Source of the DNA: a virus
Lineage: Duplodnaviria > Caudoviricetes
Virus record (IMG/VR): IMGVR_UViG_3300021404_000425
Span: 1 to 25,301 of that record
DNA length: 25,301 nt
Strand: one strand, 5' to 3'
The notes below the pieces were generated by a model. It ran no database searches. It saw only the letters and a program-made list of their open reading frames with translations, and had not been told where the DNA came from. Made by a program: the position numbers and the translations under genes. Every line of letters begins with the position of its first letter. Position 1 is the stretch's first letter. This document shows, one piece after another, positions 9,956 through 17,867 of this stretch.

Positions 9956-9990
9956 GATATTTGTATTGATCACTTATCCGCAGATCAATA
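9956..9990 (+). promoter_or_regulatory. Additional -7-like box (GATATTTG) followed by an 8-bp inverted repeat TATTGATC-N11-GATCAATA
   Basis: GATATTTG at 9956-9963 in a context like the array units; inverted repeat at 9964-9971 / 9983-9990. Confidence 0.4.
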
Positions 9991-10044
9991 AAAGAGGTTA
10001 ACGGCCCCAAAAAGCATCGCCGACTATTCATCTTCCAGACTAAA

Positions 10045-10079
10045 AAATCTCAAATCTCATATCTAACATCTCACATCTA
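10045..10079 (+). repeat. Five heptamers of the AHATCTM type directly before the protease start
   Basis: aaatctc-aaatctc-atatcta-acatctc-acatcta then acATG. Confidence 0.8.
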
Positions 10080-10081
10080 AC

Positions 10082-11290
10082 ATGGGTTACAAAATATATC
10101 TATACGACACCGACACAGATTGCATTGGCTCCGGCAGCTTATCATCATCTTATGTTCAAATGCAGTTGGAAGCTGCCGCCGGCCAGGATGTGGAAGTGCA
10201 CATCAGTTCTGTAGGTGGCAGCGCCTTTGATGCCATCGCGATTTACGATCTGCTCAAAAAATACCCGGGGAATGTCACTACATATATTGATGCCCTGGCC
10301 GCGTCGGCAGCATCCATTGTAGCCATGGGTGGCAAATCAGTAGTAATGAGCAAATATGCCTTACTGATGATCCACAAGCCGATGGTAGGTACCGGCGGCA
10401 ATGCGGATGAATTGCTAAAAGACGTGCAAATGCTAAACACGGTACAGGCACGGCTGGCGCAGATATATATGGATAAAACCGGGTTGGACGGCGTCACCGT
10501 TAACAGTTTGATCGACGCCGTCACCTGGTTATCCGCGTACCAGGCGCTTGACCTTGGCTTTATCGACCTGGTGGAAGATTATAGTGCCGAGATCAGCAAC
10601 AAAACGATCATCCAAAACTATGTAAGCAGCGCACCGGTACTTTACAAACGGTATATCAACAAGATCTTAACCAATAAAAGCAACATGAACACTGAAAACA
10701 AAGAACTTATCGAAAGAACCACGTCGGTTTTGGATAAGATCATGAACTTCTTTAAGAAGGTAGTGAACAAACAAACAATTACCGACAAAGGCATCCTGCA
10801 CCATGCAGGCGAACTTGACGAAGGCACCGAAGTTTACAACGACGAAGACATGAGCAGCCCCGCGGCCAGCGATTGCTACACCACAGCCGGCGGCAGCAAA
10901 ATTGCGGTACAGGGCGGCAAAGTGCAACAGGTTACCCCGGCCGATCCGGATGCCGAACCCGACACCGACCAGGATGCCTATGATGATGACGACACTATGC
11001 CTTCGGACAAGCTGAAATCAAAAAAACCGATGGATGTTCAAAACAGGCTGCTGCACATCAAAGCTAAATTGCATGCACAAAATGCCTTGTTAGCCGAAGC
11101 GCGCGAAGCCCTGGAAGCAGCAAGCCTTCGCCTGAAGAAAACCCGCGAAGAAGTAAAAAACGAGATCAAATCCGACTTCACTCCGGAGGGCTCCAAACGC
11201 AGCGCCAAAGCCAAATCCGAACCTGTTCCCTTTTTCGCCCCGCAAACACCGCTTGCTCAAAATGCGGTACGCAAGGCGGTGGCAAAATAA
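10082..11290 (+). CDS. ClpP-type (S14) prohead protease fused to an acidic/coiled-coil scaffold-like C-terminus
   Basis: HISSVGGS, IDALAASAASIV (Ser75), LMIHKP (His98), TWLSAYQALDLGFID; directly upstream of the capsid gene. Confidence 0.9.
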   Translation: MGYKIYLYDTDTDCIGSGSLSSSYVQMQLEAAAGQDVEVHISSVGGSAFDAIAIYDLLKKYPGNVTTYIDALAASAASIVAMGGKSVVMSKYALLMIHKPMVGTGGNADELLKDVQMLNTVQARLAQIYMDKTGLDGVTVNSLIDAVTWLSAYQALDLGFIDLVEDYSAEISNKTIIQNYVSSAPVLYKRYINKILTNKSNMNTENKELIERTTSVLDKIMNFFKKVVNKQTITDKGILHHAGELDEGTEVYNDEDMSSPAASDCYTTAGGSKIAVQGGKVQQVTPADPDAEPDTDQDAYDDDDTMPSDKLKSKKPMDVQNRLLHIKAKLHAQNALLAEAREALEAASLRLKKTREEVKNEIKSDFTPEGSKRSAKAKSEPVPFFAPQTPLAQNAVRKAVAK

Positions 11291-11366
11291 GTTGCAGTAA
11301 ATAGTAGCAGTGGCAGTATTACAAATTGTTAAACCTTAACTGCTACCGCCACTCACCACTGCCACT
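11291..11366. repeat. Imperfect inverted repeat built of GCAGTG/CACTGC-like hexamers
   Basis: agtagcagtggcagt ... actgctaccgccact-cacc-actgccact between the protease and capsid genes. Confidence 0.7.
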
Positions 11367-11400
11367 AAACCAATCAAATTAATTAAACCAAAAAACACAA

Positions 11401-12609
11401 ATGGCTCAATTCACCTTTACAAACAATACCTATGCCGGCGAAGCGCTGGCCGGGTTTATGGCCAGCACGCTTTTAGAAGCCGATTCCGTTAAGCGGGGGT
11501 TACTGACCGTTATTAATGATGTAAAATCGCGCAAGATCATCCTTGATGTGGATGACAACGTGGTTTTGCAGGACCCCTCAGGCATCTTTAACGACCAGGG
11601 CACAACTGCACTTCAAAACGAAAGTTACCTCGACCCCGTGGTTTACGAATTTATGAAGCAGGAACAATGGGACAAACTGATCCAATCCTGGGAAGCACAA
11701 AGTTTAAAACCCGGTGCGTTCCTTGACTATGAAGGCGTCGTCGACCTGTCCGACTTTATGGTGCAGCGTTACCTCACCAAGATCCAGATCGCCAACGAAC
11801 GCTTATACTGGCTGGGCAAAGGTTCCACAAAAGAAGCTACTTTCACCGCTGGATTTACCGGGTTGTTACCCAGCATCGCTGCCGCATCAGGCGTTTTCAA
11901 AGTTAGCCTGGATAAACCGGCAACCTCAATGGCCGCCACTGCCATAGACGCGTTGGGCACAGTTACAGTAAGCGATACCTCGACTTTATCCGACGGCGAC
12001 GTAGTTACCATAACCGCAGTAACCGGCACCAGCAAGGACACAACGAATGGCGGTTCGGGAATAAGCATCCAAGGGCAATCGTACTTTATCCAGATCGTAA
12101 ATGCAACGTCCTTCAAACTGGTACGCAACTATAACGAGATCAACAGCCGCCTGGCTGCAGCGTTCAGCGGCACCGCCTCAGCAGCTACTATCAGCTACAT
12201 CAACGTAAGCAACGTATTGTCTGTTTTAGGCAGCGTTTATGCCCAACTTGATCCGGCCGACCGCATCCAGGATGATTTTAACCTGCAAATACCGCTTCAC
12301 ATCGGCTACGCCTATGCCCAGGCACAGGCAAACAAAGCGCTGAACGTTATAAATGCCTTTACCGATGTAAAAAAGATGGACTACCTGGGTTTGCCGCTGC
12401 AAATCATGAACCACTGGCAGGCCAACACCATCCTCGGCGCCCGCTCGTCAAACCTATTTTTAGGTGTTGACCTTTTAGGCGATGCCTCCGAACTCTCCAC
12501 CGTTTACATGAAGCCCTACACCAACGACAACGTGGTGCGCATGAAGGCCCGCATGAAAGCCGCCGTAAACTTCAAGTTTGCAAACGAGCTGTTCTACCTG
12601 TCAGCCTAA
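11401..12609 (+). CDS. Major capsid protein (probable HK97 fold) with a ~95-aa insertion
   Basis: N-terminal TYAGE motif, ANERLYWLG, FTGLL and C-terminal SNLFLGVDLLGD...VRMKARM resemble Bacteroidota phage MCPs; position after the protease. Confidence 0.8.
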   Translation: MAQFTFTNNTYAGEALAGFMASTLLEADSVKRGLLTVINDVKSRKIILDVDDNVVLQDPSGIFNDQGTTALQNESYLDPVVYEFMKQEQWDKLIQSWEAQSLKPGAFLDYEGVVDLSDFMVQRYLTKIQIANERLYWLGKGSTKEATFTAGFTGLLPSIAAASGVFKVSLDKPATSMAATAIDALGTVTVSDTSTLSDGDVVTITAVTGTSKDTTNGGSGISIQGQSYFIQIVNATSFKLVRNYNEINSRLAAAFSGTASAATISYINVSNVLSVLGSVYAQLDPADRIQDDFNLQIPLHIGYAYAQAQANKALNVINAFTDVKKMDYLGLPLQIMNHWQANTILGARSSNLFLGVDLLGDASELSTVYMKPYTNDNVVRMKARMKAAVNFKFANELFYLSA

Positions 12610-12612
12610 GGC

Positions 12613-12734
12613 AATTAGTGAATTAGTGAGTTATTGAATTAGTGAATTTTAATTGTTCGCATACCTGTTCAGTAACTCATATAATCACTAACTACAACCA
12701 ATCACTAATTCACTAATTCAACAATTCACTAATT
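12613..12734. repeat. Long hairpin of 4x AATTAGTG versus 4x CACTAATT octamers
   Basis: Left arm 12613-12644, right arm 12703-12734, ending 7 bp before the next ATG. Confidence 0.85.
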
Positions 12735-12741
12735 AATTCCC

Positions 12742-13329
12742 ATGTCAATCTACAATAAAATAAACGCAGGCTTCAGTTTAGGTACTGATGCGCCTGTAAC
12801 CGCCGGCATCGAGGATGTGATCTACATCTTTAACCAGGGCGACGTCACCCTCACTTATGATACTGCAAACCCACTTATCGTTACCGGCTTAACCGCTGCT
12901 ACCGGCATCAACATCTACAAGTTCGAGGGGACAAACAACAGTTTTAACACCTCCTCAAAGCTGGCCAAAACATCAGTCGGGCCCCGTTACACCGAAGAGA
13001 TCGACTTTAATATCGCCGGTTTTTCGGTGGACATTAAAGCGCAGCTGATGGCCATGGGTTACGGCCGCGTATGCGCCATCGCGGTAAACAATTTCAACTC
13101 CAGCGATTCAGCCATTGAACTATTCGGTGCAGTAAATGGCCTCATCTTAACAGATGCCGAACGCAGCGCAGCCGATGAAACCGTCGACGGTGGCTACAAG
13201 CTAAAACTCACCAACCCTGATAAATTAAGGGAGCCTTACCCGCCACGCGCAGTATCCATCCCGCCTACCAGCGGCAGCGCCACTTATGCCAGTACTATCG
13301 CCGCGATAGAAGCTTTGGTAGCCAGTTAG
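12742..13329 (+). CDS. Putative major tail (tube) protein (195 aa)
   Basis: GIEDVIYIFN, YKFEG, ELFGAVNGL, GGYKLKLT pattern and size resemble Bacteroidota siphovirus tube proteins. Confidence 0.6.
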   Translation: MSIYNKINAGFSLGTDAPVTAGIEDVIYIFNQGDVTLTYDTANPLIVTGLTAATGINIYKFEGTNNSFNTSSKLAKTSVGPRYTEEIDFNIAGFSVDIKAQLMAMGYGRVCAIAVNNFNSSDSAIELFGAVNGLILTDAERSAADETVDGGYKLKLTNPDKLREPYPPRAVSIPPTSGSATYASTIAAIEALVAS

Positions 13330-13332
13330 CAA

Positions 13333-13412
13333 ATGGATCGTAGTTCATGGTTGATAGCTGATTGATCATGAACTAAAAATACTATGAACTATGATCCATG
13401 AACCATGAACTA
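13333..13412. repeat. Inverted heptamer tract (ATRGTTC / GAACYAT)
   Basis: atggatc-gtagttc-atggttg-atagctg ... ctatgaa-ctatgat-ccatgaa-ccatgaa-cta. Confidence 0.75.
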
Positions 13413-13417
13413 ACGAC

Positions 13418-13684
13418 ATGAACAAGAAATATAAACTAAAACCCGGCCGCCATCAGTTCGCACCGCGCTCGCCGGCGATACACACCAATGATAACCTGAC
13501 CGACGAAGACGCAGAATGGTACATGCAGAAGTACCCACATATCGCCAGCTTGTTTGAATTAATCCCAACGGAGGAAATTCGTCCGGCTGAACCCGACGAA
13601 AAATCGGTGCAATCACAAAAAATCGGTGTAACTGAGCGAAGCGACCTCATGAACGCCGCTGAAAAACAACAACACCGTGAATAA
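13418..13684 (+). CDS. Small phage hypothetical protein (88 aa)
   Basis: ATG start inside the operon; NLTDEDAEWYMQKYPHIASLFE core; C-terminus runs through AATCGGTG repeats. Confidence 0.65.
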   Translation: MNKKYKLKPGRHQFAPRSPAIHTNDNLTDEDAEWYMQKYPHIASLFELIPTEEIRPAEPDEKSVQSQKIGVTERSDLMNAAEKQQHRE

Positions 13685-13696
13685 TCCCAGAAAATA

Positions 13697-14986
13697 ATGA
13701 AGACCTATTTACCACAAATTGAGCGGAGGATATTTGTAAGGCCGAACCAAACTTTCGGCATACTCAACTACGACCTCGACAATGCCTATCCGCAGCGGAT
13801 GCTCGAACTGGTTGCGGCCTCTCCTACCGCCAAAGATTGCTGGAACAAACGGGCAAAATTCATAGCCGGCAATGGCTTTGAGCTGCCCGACCTGGGTAAA
13901 CAGGTCGTGAACGCCAAAGGGCTAACGCTGGCCAAATTGTTAAAGGCCATTGCTACGGATAAAGCTTTGTTTACCGGCTTTGGCATCCATGTAAATTACA
14001 ATGCCAACTACAAGATTGCATCGGTAAATTACATAAAGTTTGAGGATATCCGGATGGGCGATACCGATGACCCAACTACCGCGGATAAATTCGCCCTGTA
14101 TTCGGACTGGGGCCGCAAAACCTGGAAGAACATCATGCGCAGCAAGATCACTTTCCTTTACACGTACGACCCCAGCCCTCAAACGATCAAAAAGCAGGTA
14201 CTGGCGGCAGGCGGCTGGGATAAATACAAAGGGCAGCTGTTTTATTTTAACCCGGAAGTTGATGATTATCCGCTGATAGAAGCCGACAGCGTTTGGGAGG
14301 ATTTTGAGACCGAAGCCGGTATAAAAATCTTCAATAATCGCGAAGTAACTACCGGCTTTCTGCCCTCAACCATGCTCTTCATGCAGTCGAGGCGTGAAGA
14401 AGCCGATAATAGCCGGCCGGATGATGGTGATGTGCCTTATGCCAACGTGCCATCCCAACTGGAAAAGGACCTTGGTTCCTTCCAGGGGGCAAAAAGCGCG
14501 CAGAAGATCATCGTGATCGAATACGAAGACGAAACATCAAAGCCGGAGTTTAAGCCTTACTCTATCCAAAACAATGATAAGCTGTTTGAAACGACTGAAA
14601 AATCTGTCGAATCACGCATTATCAAAGGGTTCTCCGTCCCAAAGGACCTGATCAACCCTGAAAGCTCCTCGGGCTTAAGCAACGGAGGTGAAAAAAAGGA
14701 AGCCATCCGCGAGTTTAACGATAATACCGCGCCCGACAGGCTGGAACTGTCCGAAACCTTCGCTGAAATATTCGGCAACTTTTACACCGATATCAACCCT
14801 GCCGGCAACTGGAATATTTTGCAGGTACCGGCCACCATCGCCGACGATATTGCGGGTATAAAAGCGGGCGCCAGCATTAACCAATTGCTCCTGGCAGCTA
14901 TCCCGGCCGAAAACAAAGTAGCCACCCTGATTTATGCCTACGGCTTTAAACAAGCCGAAGCGGAAGCGATGTGCCTTGTTGGTTGA
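13697..14986 (+). CDS. Phage portal protein (429 aa)
   Basis: NYDLDNAYPQ...SPTAKDCWNKRAKFIAGNGF and GFLPSTML motifs resemble Bacteroidota phage portals. Confidence 0.8.
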   Translation: MKTYLPQIERRIFVRPNQTFGILNYDLDNAYPQRMLELVAASPTAKDCWNKRAKFIAGNGFELPDLGKQVVNAKGLTLAKLLKAIATDKALFTGFGIHVNYNANYKIASVNYIKFEDIRMGDTDDPTTADKFALYSDWGRKTWKNIMRSKITFLYTYDPSPQTIKKQVLAAGGWDKYKGQLFYFNPEVDDYPLIEADSVWEDFETEAGIKIFNNREVTTGFLPSTMLFMQSRREEADNSRPDDGDVPYANVPSQLEKDLGSFQGAKSAQKIIVIEYEDETSKPEFKPYSIQNNDKLFETTEKSVESRIIKGFSVPKDLINPESSSGLSNGGEKKEAIREFNDNTAPDRLELSETFAEIFGNFYTDINPAGNWNILQVPATIADDIAGIKAGASINQLLLAAIPAENKVATLIYAYGFKQAEAEAMCLVG

Positions 14987-15078
14987 TTGGTTGATTAAGT
15001 TGGATTAAGTTGATTGAGTTCAGCGTATCCAAAACAACCTAATCAACTCAATCCAACCCAATCAACTTAATCAACTCA
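14981..15078. repeat. Long hairpin of GTTGATTRR versus YYAATCAAC nonamers
   Basis: Left arm 14981-15020 (contains the portal stop codon), right arm 15035-15078. Confidence 0.85.
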
Positions 15079-15090
15079 GTCACCCCCCCA

Positions 15091-15723
15091 ATGAACACCA
15101 TATATCTCATCAGCCAGTCCACATTCCAGAATTACGAGGATATCTCCGTAAACATCAAGCCTGAGCGCCTGAATGTTTTTATCAAAAAAGCCCAGGACCT
15201 CGACCTGAAACCATTCTTAGGCCATGCCTTGTACTATGATTTCATCCAGAATTTTAATTCCGACGGCACCATACAGGACACTGCACCGCAGCCGTATAAG
15301 GACCTTTTAAACGGCAGCGAATACCTGGATAAATATGGCCACATTGTTTTATACGAAGGCCTGCTGCCAACATTGGTGTACTTCACGTTCGCACGGTTTA
15401 TCGAGGCAGATGCAGTCCATTACACCGCCACCGGCCCCGTTTTAAAACACCACGACAATGCCGACGCAGTTGCGCCAAAAGACATTGTAAAGTTGGTACA
15501 ACAGCAGCGCAGTGTAGCCAATGCCCACGCCAACGAGGTAGAGAAGTTTTTATGGGACAACAAGACCGATTTCCCGCTATGGAACTACAACGGCAAAAAT
15601 AAAAGCAGCCGACAATCCGGCCCACGCATCCGCAGCATCGACCGTACCAGCTTTAATTTCCCATCCGGTTATGATCCTACCGGTGCCGACAGCTACCTGC
15701 CCATCACTGAATTTATGAACTAA
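15091..15723 (+). CDS. Putative head-tail adaptor/connector (DUF6712-like)
   Basis: IKKAQDLDLKPFLGHALY and GLLPTLVYFTFARF motifs; follows the portal gene. Confidence 0.6.
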   Translation: MNTIYLISQSTFQNYEDISVNIKPERLNVFIKKAQDLDLKPFLGHALYYDFIQNFNSDGTIQDTAPQPYKDLLNGSEYLDKYGHIVLYEGLLPTLVYFTFARFIEADAVHYTATGPVLKHHDNADAVAPKDIVKLVQQQRSVANAHANEVEKFLWDNKTDFPLWNYNGKNKSSRQSGPRIRSIDRTSFNFPSGYDPTGADSYLPITEFMN

Positions 15724-15785
15724 AAGGAAATTTCGCCGCCGTTTATTAATCCTAAAAATCCATCTAATCATAAAAATCCTAGTCC

Positions 15786-17123
15786 ATGGCTGACAAAAAA
15801 ATAAGCGAACTCCCGGTAGCCACGTCCATCCGTGCATCGGATGTCTCCGTCCTGGTGGATAGTGGTACCGACTATCAATATACTTTTACGCTGCTGCTGC
15901 AGTTCCTCGAGGCCAACCTTACCACCGGCGCCAATATCTCTTTTGGCGCCACGCTGCCGCAAAACACAGCAGGCAGCAATGGCGATGTTTTTGTAAATAC
16001 TTCCGCCGGTTCATTCGCGCAGAAAGTTGCCGGCATCTGGACGATAGTTTATACCATCTCAGCCGCAAACGGCGCCGATGGAACCATGCTTTACGGCTCC
16101 GGTGTTCCCGGAACTTCCATCGGCAAAAATTCCGATAGCTATATCGATACACATACCGGCATATTTTATCAAAAAACTGCAGGGGCCTGGTCGCAGGTGT
16201 TCTCAATGGCGACCGGGCCCCAGGGGCCGCAGGGTACTGCAGGTACCAACGGCACAAACGGCGCCAATGGCAATACCATCCTGTTTGGTACAACCAATCC
16301 CTCAAATACCTCCACCGGGGTCAATGGTAACTTTTACATCAATACCTCAACCTATGTTTTCTTTGGACCAAAGACCTCCGGTGTGTGGGGAAGCGGCGTA
16401 TCCCTGATGGGCGCGGGCGTACCGGGCGCGGGAACAACCGGGCAGGTTTTGGCAAAGGCGGATAATACCAGCTTTAACACCATCTGGCAGGATAACTCCT
16501 TTGCCAACCTGTCCGGCCAGCCCACCGATAATACCAACCTGGCCTCGGCCTTAAGTGCAAAGCAAAATTCGCTTGGCTTTACGCCGGAGAATGTTGCAAA
16601 TAAAGCCCAGCCAAATGGGTATCCCAGCCTCGACAGCAGCGGCAGGGTGCCTTCGGCCCAGCTCCCGGCTTATGTGGACGAGGTACAGGAGTTTGCCAAC
16701 GCCGCCGCATTTCCTACTTCGGGTGCAACGGATATTATCTACATCGCGCAGGATACCAATTTCGAATACCGCTGGAGCGGCTCAACCTATATTCAACTGG
16801 TCGCCTCGCCCGGCAGTACCGATGCCGTCCCCGAAGGAGCTACCAACCTGTATTTTACAACAGCCAGGGTTTTGGCGGTTGTATTAAGCGGTATCAGCTT
16901 CGGGACGGTGTCTGCAGTAACCGCTGCCGACAGCATTTTATCCGCTTTCGGCAAGCTACAGGCACAGATCACTTCGCTCACCGGCAAAGTGCTCCCTTCC
17001 GGCGGAACAACCGGCCAGGTACTGGCTAAAAATTCCAATACCAGCTACGATGCCGGCTGGATCAATCCCCCGTCAGGCGGGTCTTCGGCCATTTCGTATA
17101 ACTTTTACCAATCCACATTATAA
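15786..17123 (+). CDS. Tail fibre-like protein with a short collagen-like stretch (445 aa)
   Basis: KKISELP start, three G.NGD/YI.T..G...K..G.W repeats, GPQGPQGTAGTNGTNGANG, two GTTGQVLAK repeats, DAVPEGATNLYFT. Confidence 0.75.
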   Translation: MADKKISELPVATSIRASDVSVLVDSGTDYQYTFTLLLQFLEANLTTGANISFGATLPQNTAGSNGDVFVNTSAGSFAQKVAGIWTIVYTISAANGADGTMLYGSGVPGTSIGKNSDSYIDTHTGIFYQKTAGAWSQVFSMATGPQGPQGTAGTNGTNGANGNTILFGTTNPSNTSTGVNGNFYINTSTYVFFGPKTSGVWGSGVSLMGAGVPGAGTTGQVLAKADNTSFNTIWQDNSFANLSGQPTDNTNLASALSAKQNSLGFTPENVANKAQPNGYPSLDSSGRVPSAQLPAYVDEVQEFANAAAFPTSGATDIIYIAQDTNFEYRWSGSTYIQLVASPGSTDAVPEGATNLYFTTARVLAVVLSGISFGTVSAVTAADSILSAFGKLQAQITSLTGKVLPSGGTTGQVLAKNSNTSYDAGWINPPSGGSSAISYNFYQSTL

Positions 17124-17125
17124 AA

Positions 17126-17250
17126 AAAGGTGAAAGCCAAAAGGTGAAAGGCGAAAGGTAAGATCGATCATTCACTATTCACTAATTGATAAGGCGAAAG
17201 GTAAAATCGCTCATTCACTATTCACAATTCACTAATTCACTAATTCACTA
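17126..17250 (+). repeat. AAAGGYG heptamers plus ATTCACT(A) tracts, containing a 35-bp direct duplication
   Basis: 17148-17182 and 17191-17225 differ at only 2 positions. Confidence 0.8.
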
Positions 17251-17257
17251 TTTGATT

Positions 17258-17692
17258 ATGAACAGTTCATCAAATACTACCTCCTTTGCCACGCTAACCG
17301 GGGCCTACCCGGCAATTGACCTTGCATCGGGCCTTTCAGCCAATACCGATACCCTGGTGGCCACCGGCGCAACAAACGCCAGCGTGGTACTGGACATCCT
17401 GTTTAGAAATACCGACAGCACCAATATCCGCAACTTCGATATCATCATTTGTCCTACCGGTTCAAATTCCACGGCGCAATATAACCGCACCCAGGTAGCC
17501 GTAGCCGCCAATGCCGGCAATAACGGCAGCGTTCCCCTCGCTTCTTTAGCAGCCCTGGCGCCGCAATTGTTTGATATCGACTTAGCCGGAAACAGGCTCA
17601 TCACGCTGGAAAGCACCATGTCCGTGTACGTACGCAACAAAGCAGCGCTAACCGCCGACGTTTATATTATGGTCAAACAACGGAATTTTTAA
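17258..17692 (+). CDS. Hypothetical beta-rich virion protein (144 aa)
   Basis: Likely start MNSSSN at 17258; the upstream extension in the ORF track is translated repeat. Confidence 0.65.
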   Translation: MNSSSNTTSFATLTGAYPAIDLASGLSANTDTLVATGATNASVVLDILFRNTDSTNIRNFDIIICPTGSNSTAQYNRTQVAVAANAGNNGSVPLASLAALAPQLFDIDLAGNRLITLESTMSVYVRNKAALTADVYIMVKQRNF

Positions 17693-17727
17693 AAAAGCCC
17701 GAAAGTCGGTAAAGACCAGTAGTCCGA

Positions 17728-17743
17728 CCCGATAGGTGTCGGG
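17728..17743. repeat. REP-like palindrome CCCGATAGGTGTCGGG
   Basis: Hairpin with one G-T pair; resembles the CCCGATAGCTATCGGG palindrome recalled from Bacteroidota genomes (not verified by search). Confidence 0.45.
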
Positions 17744-17829
17744 AGAAGCTGCAAAATGACTGATGAGGCAAAGCTAAAGTCCATCATCGATAGTTCAGAG
17801 ACCGTGGCAGTTACTCTCAACCATTTTCA

Positions 17830-17861
17830 AATGAACTAATGAACTAGTGAACTAATAAACC
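17830..17861 (+). repeat. Four AATGAACT-type octamers before the start codon
   Basis: aatgaact-aatgaact-agtgaact-aataaacc; same family as 22718-22749. Confidence 0.75.
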
Positions 17862-17867
17862 AAATAC

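Noticed and set aside
10082-11290. Housekeeping clpP
   Set aside because: Long scaffold-like extension, position before the capsid gene, and no clpX or tig neighbours indicate a phage prohead protease
17186-17257. N-terminal extensions in the ORF track (also 24777-24848, 7382-7450, 3982-4014)
   Set aside because: They are translated repeats or precede better starts that give proper leaders or signal peptides
17760-17780. Hammerhead ribozyme core (CTGATGA followed by a short GGC-AAA-GCT stem)
   Set aside because: The required GAAA after stem II is absent and stems I/III could not be built
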